64,000 nucleotides of DNA from Acidobacteriota bacterium (GCA_025363775.1 JANYLG010000158.1:112-64111), one strand, 5' to 3'; shown: positions 20,563-30,664, counted from the first letter of the stretch. Notes: a model not told the origin generated them from the sequence alone. Translations and numbers: made by a program.

Positions 20563-21560
20563 CGGTGCGATTCTCCTGAAGCCGCGATCTCCTGCTGGAG
20601 ACGCGCGATGAAGCCGGCCGACGCGAAACGGTGCGCCGCCTCGATGCCGTGGCGCACGGCCGCGGCCGACGATTGCCCGTGCCCGATCACCGCCAGCCCG
20701 GCCACACCGAGCAGCGGAACTCCCCCGTACTCGGCCACCCGCCGGCGGAACAGGTCGAACAGTTCGCTGGAGACCTGCGCCGCCAGCCCGGCGCCGAGCC
20801 TGCCCACCGCGTCGCGCAGCACGTCGCCGATCATCTCCACGAGGCCCTCGCTCACCTTGAGAACGATGTTCCCAGTGAAGCCGTCGCAGACGATGACGTC
20901 GGCGCCACCGGCGTAGACATTGCGCGCCTCGATGTTGCCTATGAAGCTGAGGCCGCTCGCCTTCAACAGGCGGTGGGCCTCACGGGTGAGGTCATTCCCC
21001 TTGGTCTCTTCCTCGCCAATCGAGAGCAGGCCGACCCGCGGCCGCTCCACGCCCAGCACCAGCCGCGCGTAGACGGTCCCCATCGCGGCAAACTGCACGA
21101 GGTGCTGCGGCCGGCAATCGACGTTCGCCCCAACGTCCAGCACGACGGCGGCTGACCGGCGAGTCGGCACGGTGGCCGCGAGTGCCGGACGGTCGGCGCC
21201 AGCCAGCATACCGAACGCCGCGTGGGCGGCCATCACGGTCGCGCCGGTGTTACCGGCGCTGTAAAGCGCCGCCGCCCGCCCGGCCGCCACTTCGGCCGCG
21301 GCCACCTTGATGGACGCCCCCGGCCGGCGCCGCAACGCGGAGGTCGGCGGCTCGCCCATCCCGATCACATCGTCGGCCGGCACGATAGTCACGTCGAGCC
21401 CGGCCACGCCCGGCCGGCCGGCCATCAACTCCCGCAGACGGTCCTCGCGGCCGACTAGCGTCACCGCCAGGCCGTGCTCGCGGGCCGCGTCGAGCGCCCC
21501 CTCGACAACGGTCTCGGGCCCACGATCGCCGCCCATCGCATCGACGGCTATCCGGATCAT
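20559..21560 (-). CDS. plsX: phosphate acyltransferase PlsX
   Basis: IAVDAMGGD...VCDGFTGNIVLK pattern. Follows rpmF. Confidence 0.92.
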   Translation of the reverse strand: MIRIAVDAMGGDRGPETVVEGALDAAREHGLAVTLVGREDRLRELMAGRPGVAGLDVTIVPADDVIGMGEPPTSALRRRPGASIKVAAAEVAAGRAAALYSAGNTGATVMAAHAAFGMLAGADRPALAATVPTRRSAAVVLDVGANVDCRPQHLVQFAAMGTVYARLVLGVERPRVGLLSIGEEETKGNDLTREAHRLLKASGLSFIGNIEARNVYAGGADVIVCDGFTGNIVLKVSEGLVEMIGDVLRDAVGRLGAGLAAQVSSELFDLFRRRVAEYGGVPLLGVAGLAVIGHGQSSAAAVRHGIEAAHRFASAGFIARLQQEIAASGESHR

Positions 21561-21587
21561 GACGAAGTCCCAGCCCGCGGGTGCCGG

Positions 21588-21770
21588 CTACCCTTCCTTG
21601 ACTTCCCGCACCTGCCGACCGCGGTAGTAGCCGCAGTGCGGGCAGACCTGGTGCGACAGTTTCGGTTCATGGCAGTGCGGGCATTCGCCCAACGCCACGG
21701 GAGTGAGGGCGTCGTGCGTGCGTCGCTTCGCGGTGCGCGCCTTGGAGTGTCGTCGCTTTGGATTTGGCAT
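21588..21770 (-). CDS. rpmF: 50S ribosomal protein L32
   Basis: MPNPKRRHSKARTAKRRTH and a CxxC...CxxC ribbon. Confidence 0.93.
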   Translation of the reverse strand: MPNPKRRHSKARTAKRRTHDALTPVALGECPHCHEPKLSHQVCPHCGYYRGRQVREVKEG

Positions 21771-21870
21771 GCTATCCCGCCTGTCTGTCCGGGCCGCCGC
21801 ACCGGACGGAAGTCCCGTGCCACCAGCACCGAGAAAAAAGGAAATAATTACCCTGCGCCCGCCCCCCGAG

Positions 21871-22422
21871 TCACACCTCGCGGTCGCCCTTGTCGATCAG
21901 CGACCGCAGGCCCTCGAGCCTGGGATCCGGCCACTCCTGGACACAGGAACAGGTCCCGGTATTGAGATTCGTCCCGCACTCCGAGCACAGGCCGCGGCAG
22001 GACTCGCGGCACAACGGCTTCATCGGGAGCGCAAGATAGAACTGCTCCAGCACGATCTGGCCCAGGTCAATCTCCTCGTCCCGGTAGTACGCCGTCGTCA
22101 AGTCGTCGTCTTCCACTTCCACTTCCACTTCCACGCCGCCAACGTGTTCCTGGTGCGGCACGTAGAGGAGGTCGAAGGGCAGATCCACCGGAAGCTCGAT
22201 GTCGTCCAGGCATCGTCCGCACGAGAGGGCGATCGTGGAGCGAACCCGGCCGACCAGGTGGAACTGGTTGCCATCCTTGAAGATATCGAACGCCAGGTGC
22301 ACGGGCGCCTGCACTCGGAACCCCTCCGCCTCGCTCGTCGGAAGGACCGACGGCTCGAAGGTGCGGTCAATCCGGTCGCGCGCGCCCCGCAACTCGCGTA
22401 GATCGAGCAGTATCTGAGACAT
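21871..22422 (-). CDS. yceD: YceD/DUF177 family protein
   Basis: Acidic protein with a C-terminal CxxxCxGLCxxCGxNLN motif, immediately upstream of rpmF as in many bacteria. Confidence 0.85.
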   Translation of the reverse strand: MSQILLDLRELRGARDRIDRTFEPSVLPTSEAEGFRVQAPVHLAFDIFKDGNQFHLVGRVRSTIALSCGRCLDDIELPVDLPFDLLYVPHQEHVGGVEVEVEVEDDDLTTAYYRDEEIDLGQIVLEQFYLALPMKPLCRESCRGLCSECGTNLNTGTCSCVQEWPDPRLEGLRSLIDKGDREV

Positions 22423-22457
22423 CTAGATCACGAAGTTCCAAAAGAGACAGACCTTTC

Positions 22458-22466
22458 ATCATACCA
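22458..22466 (-). promoter_or_regulatory. extended -10-like element TGGTATGAT upstream of yceD-rpmF-plsX-fab operon
   Basis: The minus strand reads ..ccgTGGTATGATgaaagg.. about 36 nt before the yceD ATG, in a locally AT-richer stretch. No clear -35. Confidence 0.3.
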
Positions 22467-22517
22467 CGGCCGTCGGCCCCGGGGTGACCCGCCTGGCACA
22501 AGACAGTCGCCGGCTGC

Positions 22518-23570
22518 TCAGTCCCTGTGCCAGTCGCGCGGGACGTCCACCCACGGCTTGGGAATGAAGAGCTGCACGAACAGGCCAACGGCAAACCGGT
22601 CGGTCATGCCGGCCAGGAAGTCGCGGGCAGCGGCGTCCACGCCCTCGTGTTCGACCGTCCGGCGGTCGAGGAACTCCGCAGCGCGTTCGCGCACCCTTTC
22701 CCACAGGCCGCCCAGGATGTCGGCCGCCTTTCGGAACTCGACCGTGGAGAGGTCGTTCTCGTAGACGGAACGGAACAGGAACGCCCGGAGGTCCAGCGTC
22801 GCCGCGAGCGTCTGGTCGCTCATCCGGATGTGATCGAGGCCGGCGTCCTTCGTGGTGACGATGACGTCCTTCACCATGCGGCCGATCCGCTCCGAGGGAG
22901 AACGCCCGAGCAGCGCCACCGCGTCCCGCGGCAGGTCGTCGTCCACGAGCAGGCCCGCGCGGATGGCGTCGTCGGTGTCGTGGTTCACGTAGGCGATCAG
23001 GTCGGAGACGCGGATCAACTGTCCTTCGAGCGTCCTGGCCTGGTCGTCGCCGCCGGTGGGCGCGCCGGATTTCCCCTTCGAGTGTCGGGCGATGCCATCC
23101 CGCACTTCCCAGGTGAGGTTCAGGCCGTGGCCGTCGCGCTCCAGCACGTCCACCACGCGAAGGCTCTGCGCGGTGTGCGCGAATCCCCCGGGAACCAGCT
23201 TGTTCAGGACGCGCTCGCCCCAGTGCCCGAATGGGGTGTGCCCGAGATCGTGGCCAAGGCCCGCCGCTTCGGTCAGTTCTTCGTTCAGGTGCAGCGCCTT
23301 GGCAATCGTCCTCGCGATCTGCGACACCTCGAGCGTGTGCGTCAGCCGAGTCCGATAGTGGTCGCCCTCGGGCGAAAAGAACACCTGCGTCTTGTGTTTC
23401 AGTCGGCGGAACGCCTTGCAATGGATGATGCGGTCGCGGTCGCGCTGATAGGCCGGCCGCATGTCGTCCTCGGCCTCGGGCCGAAGACGCCCTCGCGTGT
23501 CGGCGCTGCATGCCGCCTGCGGGGCGAGGAACTGTCGCTCGCGCGCTTCCAGATCTTCGCGAATCGTCAT
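22518..23570 (-). CDS. dGTP triphosphohydrolase-like HD-domain protein
   Basis: RTRLTHTLEVSQIARTIA and GLGHDLGHTPFGH motifs. Confidence 0.85.
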   Translation of the reverse strand: MTIREDLEARERQFLAPQAACSADTRGRLRPEAEDDMRPAYQRDRDRIIHCKAFRRLKHKTQVFFSPEGDHYRTRLTHTLEVSQIARTIAKALHLNEELTEAAGLGHDLGHTPFGHWGERVLNKLVPGGFAHTAQSLRVVDVLERDGHGLNLTWEVRDGIARHSKGKSGAPTGGDDQARTLEGQLIRVSDLIAYVNHDTDDAIRAGLLVDDDLPRDAVALLGRSPSERIGRMVKDVIVTTKDAGLDHIRMSDQTLAATLDLRAFLFRSVYENDLSTVEFRKAADILGGLWERVRERAAEFLDRRTVEHEGVDAAARDFLAGMTDRFAVGLFVQLFIPKPWVDVPRDWHRD

Positions 23571-23581
23571 TGGGATAGGTG

Positions 23582-24760
23582 TCAGCGGATATCGTTCAAG
23601 AAGCTCGTGCCGTGCGCGAGCGGGCCCACGCCAAACACGGCGGCCAGCGTCTGGCCAAGGTCCGCGAACGTCGGACGGGTCCCCAGGTTCACGCCCGCCC
23701 GCACGTGCGGGCCGTACGCCACCACCGGCACGTACTCGCGGGAGTGGTCGGTGCCCGCCGTCGTCGGGTCGTTCCCGTGGTCGGCGGTGAGGATCAGCAG
23801 GTCGTCGTGCTGCAGCCGGGGCAGCAACTCCGACAACCGGGCGTCGAACCGCTCGAGGTTCAGGGCGTACCCTTCCACGTTGTTCCGGTGTCCGTAGACG
23901 GTATCGAAGTCCACGAGGTTGGCGAAGATCAGGCCGCGGGGCGTGTCGGCGAGCGCGCGCTCCACCTGGTCCATCCCCTCGTCATCCGACGCGGTGTGCA
24001 CCGACCTGGTCACGCCCTGCCCCGCGAACAGGTCCTCGATCTTGCCGATTGCGTGGACGGGGATCCCCGCCGCCTTCAACAGGTCCAGCAGCGTCTCTCC
24101 CGCCGGCGGGATGGCGAAGTCGTGACGATTCGACGTGCGCCGGAACGCACCCGGCGTGCCGACGAACGGCCGCGCGATGATGCGCCCGAGCCCGATGCCC
24201 TTCACGAGCATGTCGTAGGCGATCTCGCATTGGCGGTACAGCTCGGGAACGGGGATCACGTCCTCGTGCGCGGCGATCTGGAACACGCTGTCGGCCGACG
24301 TATAGACGATGGGACAACCGGTCCGTACGTGCTCGGGGCCGAGTTCCTCGATGATCACCGTGCCCGACGCGACCGTGTTCCCCAGCGTCTTGCGACCGAT
24401 GCGCCGCTCGAACTCGCGGATCGTCTCTTCCGGGAAACCGTGGGGAAACACCGGAAACGCGTGCTCGACGGCGAGGCCCATCAACTCCCAGTGCCCGGTC
24501 ACCGAGTCCTTCCCGGGCGAATGCTCCGCCATTCGGCCGAACGCCGCGGCGGGCGCGCCCACCGGCTCACCCCCGGGCACCTCCACGACGCGCGACAGCC
24601 CGAGACTCCGCAGCGTGGGAATCTGCAGCGGCACCCGGCGGGCGATGTTCCCGAGCGTGTTGCTCCCCTGGTCGCCGTACTCCGCCGCGTCCGGCAACTC
24701 GCCGACCCCGACGCTGTCGAGGACCACGACGATCGCGCGCGAAAAAGAGGAGGGGCTCAC
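23582..24760 (-). CDS. deoB: phosphopentomutase
   Basis: VVVLDSVGVGELPDA..YGDQGSNTLGNI and ADHGNDPT motifs. The GTG start overlaps the hfq TGA (GTGA). Confidence 0.9.
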   Translation of the reverse strand: MSPSSFSRAIVVVLDSVGVGELPDAAEYGDQGSNTLGNIARRVPLQIPTLRSLGLSRVVEVPGGEPVGAPAAAFGRMAEHSPGKDSVTGHWELMGLAVEHAFPVFPHGFPEETIREFERRIGRKTLGNTVASGTVIIEELGPEHVRTGCPIVYTSADSVFQIAAHEDVIPVPELYRQCEIAYDMLVKGIGLGRIIARPFVGTPGAFRRTSNRHDFAIPPAGETLLDLLKAAGIPVHAIGKIEDLFAGQGVTRSVHTASDDEGMDQVERALADTPRGLIFANLVDFDTVYGHRNNVEGYALNLERFDARLSELLPRLQHDDLLILTADHGNDPTTAGTDHSREYVPVVAYGPHVRAGVNLGTRPTFADLGQTLAAVFGVGPLAHGTSFLNDIR

Positions 24761-25020
24761 TGGGCCTGGTGGCTGTAGTAGCTGTTGATGGCCCGCGCCG
24801 CCGTGATCGTCGCGATGGCGTGCTTGAAGATCATCTGGTCGACGCCGTCGCGCTCGACGATCACGGCGAAGCGATCGAAGTTCTTGATACGGCCTTCGAA
24901 CTCGGATCCGTCCAGGAGCCGAAAGCGGACCGGCTGCCGGTCGCGCCGCGCGTGATTCAGGAAGGCGTCCTGGATGTTCGGGGTCGTGGGCGCGGCCTTG
25001 GACTCGGAAGGTGATGGCAT
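24757..25020 (-). CDS. hfq: RNA chaperone Hfq
   Basis: QDAFLNHARRDRQPVRFRLLDGSEFEGRIKNFDRFAVIV...IFKHAI (Sm1/Sm2 motifs). Confidence 0.93.
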   Translation of the reverse strand: MPSPSESKAAPTTPNIQDAFLNHARRDRQPVRFRLLDGSEFEGRIKNFDRFAVIVERDGVDQMIFKHAIATITAARAINSYYSHQAQ

Positions 25021-25994
25021 CAGGAGATCTCCTCGCCTCGGCCGCCAGCGTCCGGCACGCGGAGACGATGGTCGACGATCCGGCGGGCGCTCTCGAACGC
25101 CGACGGCAAGTGGCCCGGACCTGGAATCCTGTCTAGGTTAGGCTCTTTGCGAAACCAGATCAACTGACGCCGCGCGTACTGGCGCGTCGCGCGCGCGATC
25201 AACTCGCGCGTCGCCGCCTCGTCCCGCATCCCGCGCAGGTGCTCGAGCGCCTGGCGGTAGCCCAGCGCGCCGAATGGGCGCGCGGTAGGCGGGATGCCGT
25301 CGTCGAGCAGCGCCCGGGTTTCGTCGAACAGGCCGCGCCGGAGCTGGTCGTCCACTCGCCGATCGATCCGAGCGTTCAGGATGGCCGCCGGCACGTCGAG
25401 GCACAGGCCGACCGTGCGGACCTCCGGCAGCGGCGAGACCGTGGCGGCAAAGTGGGCCGTCAGCGGGACTCCGGTGAGGAAGTAGACCTCGAGCGCGCGG
25501 ACGAGACGGACGAGGTCGCGGACCTGGATGCGCGCGGCCGAGGGCGGGTCCACGCGCGCCACCATGCGGTGCAGGAACGCGGCGCCCCTCCGTGCCGCGA
25601 TCGCACCCAGGCGGTCGCGCAGGCGCTGATCGCGGCCCGGGCCCGGAAACAGCCCGCGCGTCAACGCGCGGAAGTAGAACCCGGTTCCGCCCGCGAGGAT
25701 CGGAAGCCGTCCACGGGCGAGGATCGCGCGCGCCACATCGGCAGCCTCGCGCCCGAAGCGCGCGGCGGTGAAGTCGTCGGTGGGATCCGCAACGTCGATC
25801 AGGTGATGGGGAATGCCCCGGCGATCGGCGACCGGAACCTTGTCGGTGCCGATATCGAAGCGCCGGTAGACGGCGGTCGAATCGCAGCTGATGATTTCGC
25901 CGTCGTAGCGCTCGGCCAGCGCGATCGCGAGGGCGCTCTTGCCGCTGCCCGTCGGGCCGAGCACCGCGATAAGAGAAGGACAGGGCGGGGTCAC
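25020..25994 (-). CDS. miaA: tRNA dimethylallyltransferase
   Basis: GPTGSGKSALAIALA P-loop, HHLIDV, and classic miaA-hfq adjacency. Confidence 0.92.
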   Translation of the reverse strand: MTPPCPSLIAVLGPTGSGKSALAIALAERYDGEIISCDSTAVYRRFDIGTDKVPVADRRGIPHHLIDVADPTDDFTAARFGREAADVARAILARGRLPILAGGTGFYFRALTRGLFPGPGRDQRLRDRLGAIAARRGAAFLHRMVARVDPPSAARIQVRDLVRLVRALEVYFLTGVPLTAHFAATVSPLPEVRTVGLCLDVPAAILNARIDRRVDDQLRRGLFDETRALLDDGIPPTARPFGALGYRQALEHLRGMRDEAATRELIARATRQYARRQLIWFRKEPNLDRIPGPGHLPSAFESARRIVDHRLRVPDAGGRGEEIS

Positions 25995-26100
25995 GCGTTA
26001 CCTGAAAAAGAGGCGAACCAGGACGTAGAGGACCAGGATCGACGCAAGACCGAGCAGACCAGCCTGCTGCGTGCGCGTCATGCCGCGTGCTCCCTGCCGA

Positions 26101-27072
26101 TTACCGATACGGCGGCGTTTCGTTGTAGTAGAACGTGACGGTGAAGAAGCAACGGTCGGCCGGGTACTCGGGGGGCAGCGGCTGCGTCGGGTTCGACGTC
26201 ACGAGCGCCCCCTGGGCGGCGCGGTTGAACGCATGGACCGGGCACGGGCCTGGCACGTCAATCTCGGTGATGCTCCCGTCCCTGTGGACATTGAACGTCA
26301 CCACGACGTGTCCCTTCATCGTCATCGCCGCCATCGGGATCAGCCAGTTGCGCTTGAGCTGGGCGATGAACCGGCGCAACCAGGGCCCGAACTCGACGCC
26401 CTTCGAATCGAACTGGATGTCGGCCTGCGGCTGGCCGCCGTCGCCGCCTGGATTGTTGAAGACGTCACCCTGTGCGTAGCGAAAGGGGTTGGCGACAGCG
26501 GCCGACAACGGGCCAGGGGCGCCCATCGCACCGGGAGCGCCGCTGCGGGCCATCCCCATCGGCGGGCCCGGGAGCCCCAGCGGGCTCGACGAGCCGTTCT
26601 GCCCGTTCTGGCCGTTCTGCCCCGGACGCTCGATCTGCTGCTGGCGCGCCTGAGGGTCGGGCCGGTCCATGCGCTGCGGCGTCCTCATGGCCGGCTCTTC
26701 CACGCGCTCGGACGTGTTGCCGCGCGAGAACGGCAGCGGGTTGGTGGGATTCGGCGAACGCTCGCGTGCCGCCGCCATCCGGTTCTGATCGGACGCTACG
26801 GCGTCCGGCCGAGCGGTCCGGGACGGACGGTCGACCCGCGGCGCCATGAACACGAACCGGGTTGGCTCCCGCTTGACGGGAACCACCGCGGCCCGCGTCG
26901 CGCCGTCCGACGCGGGCATCGATGCCAGGAGCACGAGCGCGATGAGCGCAACGATATCGAGAAAGAACGCGACCGAGACGGCGACGATGAGGTGGAGCAG
27001 TCCCTCCAACCGCGCGACATCGCGGTTCAGCGCCAAGTAGTCTGGACGATCGTCATAGAAGTCGAAGTACAT
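26101..27072 (-). CDS. TonB-family protein (single N-terminal TM, Pro/Gly-rich linker, TonB-C-like domain)
   Basis: N-terminal helix LLHLIVAVSVAFFLDIVALIALVLL, a low-complexity linker, and C-terminal GHVVVTFNVHRDGSITEIDV...FNRAAQGAL resembling the TonB C-terminal fold. Confidence 0.6.
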   Translation of the reverse strand: MYFDFYDDRPDYLALNRDVARLEGLLHLIVAVSVAFFLDIVALIALVLLASMPASDGATRAAVVPVKREPTRFVFMAPRVDRPSRTARPDAVASDQNRMAAARERSPNPTNPLPFSRGNTSERVEEPAMRTPQRMDRPDPQARQQQIERPGQNGQNGQNGSSSPLGLPGPPMGMARSGAPGAMGAPGPLSAAVANPFRYAQGDVFNNPGGDGGQPQADIQFDSKGVEFGPWLRRFIAQLKRNWLIPMAAMTMKGHVVVTFNVHRDGSITEIDVPGPCPVHAFNRAAQGALVTSNPTQPLPPEYPADRCFFTVTFYYNETPPYR

Positions 27073-27234
27073 GAAGGATCAGAAATTATAGCATCCGGCC
27101 GTCGAAGGACCGCCGGAGCAGGGCAGGCGCTGGCAGGGCCTCTTTTCATTATAGACGCCGACCGTCCGGGTTTGGCCGCACTCTTTCTGTGGTAACGGAA
27201 TGCCCGACCGCTTGTGCTATTGTTGGACGCCTCG

Positions 27235-28359
27235 ATGGTCCGAATTCTCCACATCGCCCGGATCGCGTCGGTCCTCGCGGAGCGGCGAGTCACGCTGATG
27301 GCGAGCGATCCTGGCTGTTCCTTCAGGCTCGTCCGTCCCCGGTGCCGGGGCGGTCCGTTCGACGCGGACAGGGTCCACGACCGACAGCGCCTCGAGGACG
27401 TGCGGTTGGTTCGGATGTGCCGGGCCATGGACCCGCACCGCGGGCTCTACCAGACCGCAGGCTTCGGTATCAGGCGCGCGGCGCCCGACCTCATCCACGC
27501 AGAGGAAGAACCCGATAGTCTCGCCGCGCTCCATGTCGCGGCGGCCAGGCGCGTGCTCGCGCCGCGCGCGCGCCTGGTCCTGTTCACCTGGCAGAACGTC
27601 AACCGCCCCAAGAGTCCGATGGTCGATTGGGTGCTGCATCGGACGCTGGCTGCCGCCGACGCGGTGATCTGCGGAAACCTCGGCGCCGTGGCCCTGCTGC
27701 GCGAGCTGGGCTACGGCCGCCCCACTCCGGTCATCCCGGCCCTCGCGCTCGAGGCCGGCATCTTCTATCGACGGTCGGTGCCACGCCTCAGCGACCGTTT
27801 CACGGTCGGCTACGTCGGCCGCCTGGCTCCCGAAAAGGGAGTCGACACGCTGCTCAGGGCTGTCGCGCAGATCGGTCCGCCTGCGTTGCTGGTTGCAGCC
27901 GGGTCAGGGCCTTGCCGGTCCGCGCTCCAGGAACAGGCGCGCGGCCTCGGGATCGGAGACTCGGTGCGTTTGGTCGGCCTGCTCGATCCCAATGGCGTGG
28001 CAGAGCTGCTGAGCGCCGTGGACGTACTGGTGGTGCCGTCGCGATCGACCCCGGTCTGGCAGGAACAATACGGGCGCGTCATCGTGGAAGGCATGGGATG
28101 CGAGGTGCCGGTGATCGGGTCCGAGTCCGGGGCGATACCGGAAGTCGTCGGCAGTGCCGGACTCCTCTTTCCAGAGGACGACGTGGCCGCGTTGACCGAG
28201 CACCTGCGGCAGCTTCGGGCCTCACCCGCCCGGCGCCAGGAGATTGGACGCCGCGGGCGAGAATGGGTCTTGTCAGCCCACACCCCAGCGCTCAGAGCGC
28301 GCCAGACGCTGGACTTCTACCGGCAACTGGTCGCTGAGCCAGCCAGAGGGTCGCGATGA
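27235..28359 (+). CDS. glycosyltransferase family 4 (GT-B)
   Basis: MVRILHIA start. VGRLAPEKGVDTLL and EQYGRVIVEGMGCEVPVIGSESGAIPEVV (E-x7-E region). Confidence 0.8.
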   Translation: MVRILHIARIASVLAERRVTLMASDPGCSFRLVRPRCRGGPFDADRVHDRQRLEDVRLVRMCRAMDPHRGLYQTAGFGIRRAAPDLIHAEEEPDSLAALHVAAARRVLAPRARLVLFTWQNVNRPKSPMVDWVLHRTLAAADAVICGNLGAVALLRELGYGRPTPVIPALALEAGIFYRRSVPRLSDRFTVGYVGRLAPEKGVDTLLRAVAQIGPPALLVAAGSGPCRSALQEQARGLGIGDSVRLVGLLDPNGVAELLSAVDVLVVPSRSTPVWQEQYGRVIVEGMGCEVPVIGSESGAIPEVVGSAGLLFPEDDVAALTEHLRQLRASPARRQEIGRRGREWVLSAHTPALRARQTLDFYRQLVAEPARGSR

Positions 28360-29486
28360 TCGCCGGCCCTGTCGTCCTGGACACGCGGACCGCGTCACCA
28401 CACTTCCCCGGGATCGGTCGCGCGGTCACCGGCCTCGCGCGGGCCCTCGCCGTTCGGGCGGACTCGCCACCCGTGGTGCTCCTCCACAACGCCGTGCCGG
28501 ACGAGCGACTTCCTCTCGCCGCGCTGCGAGGCATCAGATGTACGGCGTCTCCCTTCGCGCCGCGGCAGCAGTGGGAGGTCCGCCGGCTTCTTCGTGCCGC
28601 AGGCGCCTGCCTGTACCACAGCCCCTACTACCTGATGCCGTTCGCACCCGGCGTTCGGACGGTCGTCACCTGCTACGACCTGATCCCGCTGACGGTCCGC
28701 GGCCTGTTCGGTCCGGCACGGCGCGCGGCTTTTTGGGTCGCCCACGCACTGGCGTTTCGCGCCGCCTCGGCGATCGTGGTGCCCTCCGAAGCCACCCGAC
28801 GCGACGTCTCACGCCTCTTCCCCACCCACGCCTCGAAGGTCGAAGTCATTCCAATGGGATGGCGGTTTGCCGATGCGCCAGGTGCGGACGAAGCCCGCCG
28901 GCTGCGAACCCGACTGGGCATCACCGGGCCGTACGTGCTGTCGGTCGGCAGCAACAAGCCGCACAAGAACCTGCGCACGCTCCTGGACGCCTGGGCGCGC
29001 CGCGTCGATCAGCGACAGGGAGGCCACACCGGGTGTTGTTCGCTGGTGATCGCAGGTCCGCGTGACGCCCGATACACCGGCCACCTGCCACAGGCTCGAC
29101 GGCTCCGCGACAGCGGGCACCTCATCGACACTGGACCGGTATCCGATTCGATGCTGTCCGCGCTCTACCAGGGCGCCACGCTGTTCATCTTTCCTTCGGT
29201 CGCCGAGGGGTTCGGCCTCCCGGTGATCGAAGCGATGGGCCATGGTGTTCCCGTCGTCTGCAGCCGGATCCCGGCGCTCACCGAACTAGCCGGCGACGCG
29301 GCCGCGACGTTCCCGCCGACCGACGTGGACCGGCTCTCCACCCTGGTCGATCACCTGCTCGACGCGACCGCGGACCTCGAGAAGATGCGCGAGAACGGGT
29401 TGGCACGGGCGGCGGCGTTCGAATGGGATCGGGCCGCCGCGGCAACCTCCACGCTGTACGACCGTGTGCTGAGAGAACACCCGTGA
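28356..29486 (+). CDS. glycosyltransferase family 4 (GT-B)
   Basis: SVGSNKPHKNLRTLL and FPSVAEGFGLPVIEAMGHGVPVVCS. ATGA overlap with the upstream gene. Confidence 0.85.
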   Translation: MIAGPVVLDTRTASPHFPGIGRAVTGLARALAVRADSPPVVLLHNAVPDERLPLAALRGIRCTASPFAPRQQWEVRRLLRAAGACLYHSPYYLMPFAPGVRTVVTCYDLIPLTVRGLFGPARRAAFWVAHALAFRAASAIVVPSEATRRDVSRLFPTHASKVEVIPMGWRFADAPGADEARRLRTRLGITGPYVLSVGSNKPHKNLRTLLDAWARRVDQRQGGHTGCCSLVIAGPRDARYTGHLPQARRLRDSGHLIDTGPVSDSMLSALYQGATLFIFPSVAEGFGLPVIEAMGHGVPVVCSRIPALTELAGDAAATFPPTDVDRLSTLVDHLLDATADLEKMRENGLARAAAFEWDRAAAATSTLYDRVLREHP

Positions 29487-30664
29487 ACGGAGAGCGTTCC
29501 GCCAGCGCGTTGCTCGGGTTCTGCACCGTGGCGTTCCTGGTGGTTGGCGACCTGTGGTTCCCCCCTGGCTCGCCGTGGCACCACCTCCGGCTCCTGTTGC
29601 TCGGCGCCGCCATCGCGGCTGCGCTGGCTGTCACCGTGCGGCGCCCCCAGATCCTGCGAACGCTCGGACGGTTCCCGCTCGTCTTCTTCTCGGTGTTCGC
29701 GGGGCTCGACCTCGTCGCCTCGATGCTCGCCGAGCGGCCGCTTCCGTCGCTCCGCTATGCGGCGGGGTACGTCGCCGTCGAGATCCTGGCCGTCGCGATC
29801 GCCGCGGTCTTCTCCGAGCGGGCGATCGTCCGCGGCCTGCTCTTCGCGATCGGGGTGAAGCTGGCCGCGTCGCTGGCATTCGCCCCGTCACCGATCGCCT
29901 GGTGGGAGCACACGCGGTTCATGGGCCTGCTCGGCAACCCGAACCCGATGGGCGCCGCCGCCGGCCTGGCCTACCTCCTCATCGTGCTCCATGGCTGGTA
30001 TGATTGGCCTCGAAAGCCGATCAGGGTGGCGCTCGCTGCTGGCAGCCTTGCGGCAACGACGACGATGGCCGTCACAGAGAGCCTGAGTGCGCTGGCCGCC
30101 ACCCTCGCCACGCTCGTCTGCCTGGCGCCCCTCGGCCGGGTGCGCGAGTCCACACGTCGGGAACGGGGGGCGTGGGCAGTGGTCGTGGTGGCAGCGCTCG
30201 CCCCTCTGCTGATGATCACCGGCGGTGGCGGCGGAATGGCGCCGAGACCCACCACTCCCGCTCAGGCGGTCGTCTTGCGCACGGGCTGGTGGGGTATGCT
30301 GGAAGAAGCGGTCTGGCGTCACCCGTGGCTGGGGTACGGCGCGGGCAGTACGCCGTCGCTCGGGATTGCGGGCGCCCCGTACTGGGGCACCAGCGCACAC
30401 AACCTGTACCTCGAAGCGGCAGTCTACGCGGGCGCGCCGGCGGCGCTCGCCATGATGCTGTTCATGGCGAGCGCCCTGTTCGCGGCCGTCTCGAGGGTGT
30501 GCCGGGCGGGGGGTGGAGTTCACGTCGGCCTCGCGGTTCCCATGGTGTTTTACGCGGCGTTGTCGCTCGTCGAACCCGTGCTGCTCAACGGCGTTCCGTC
30601 CAGCCTGGTCGCGCCGCTGATCGTCGCCGCGGTGTGCGCGTTGCGAGTCGGCGACCGGCCATGA
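29483..30664 (+). CDS. O-antigen ligase/polymerase-like (Wzy_C) membrane protein
   Basis: About ten hydrophobic segments and GYGAGS...SAHNLYLEAAVYAGAPAALAMML, typical of the O-antigen ligase family. GTGA overlap with the upstream gene. Confidence 0.7.
   Translation: MNGERSASALLGFCTVAFLVVGDLWFPPGSPWHHLRLLLLGAAIAAALAVTVRRPQILRTLGRFPLVFFSVFAGLDLVASMLAERPLPSLRYAAGYVAVEILAVAIAAVFSERAIVRGLLFAIGVKLAASLAFAPSPIAWWEHTRFMGLLGNPNPMGAAAGLAYLLIVLHGWYDWPRKPIRVALAAGSLAATTTMAVTESLSALAATLATLVCLAPLGRVRESTRRERGAWAVVVVAALAPLLMITGGGGGMAPRPTTPAQAVVLRTGWWGMLEEAVWRHPWLGYGAGSTPSLGIAGAPYWGTSAHNLYLEAAVYAGAPAALAMMLFMASALFAAVSRVCRAGGGVHVGLAVPMVFYAALSLVEPVLLNGVPSSLVAPLIVAAVCALRVGDRP

Noticed and set aside
25999-26082. Short minus-strand ORF starting at ATG 26082-26080 in the miaA/TonB-like gap, which at first looked like a small hydrophobic peptide.
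   Set aside because: Careful re-translation gives MTRTQQAGLLGLASDPGPLRPGSP.. and runs into miaA. My first reading was out of frame, and there is no supporting signal.
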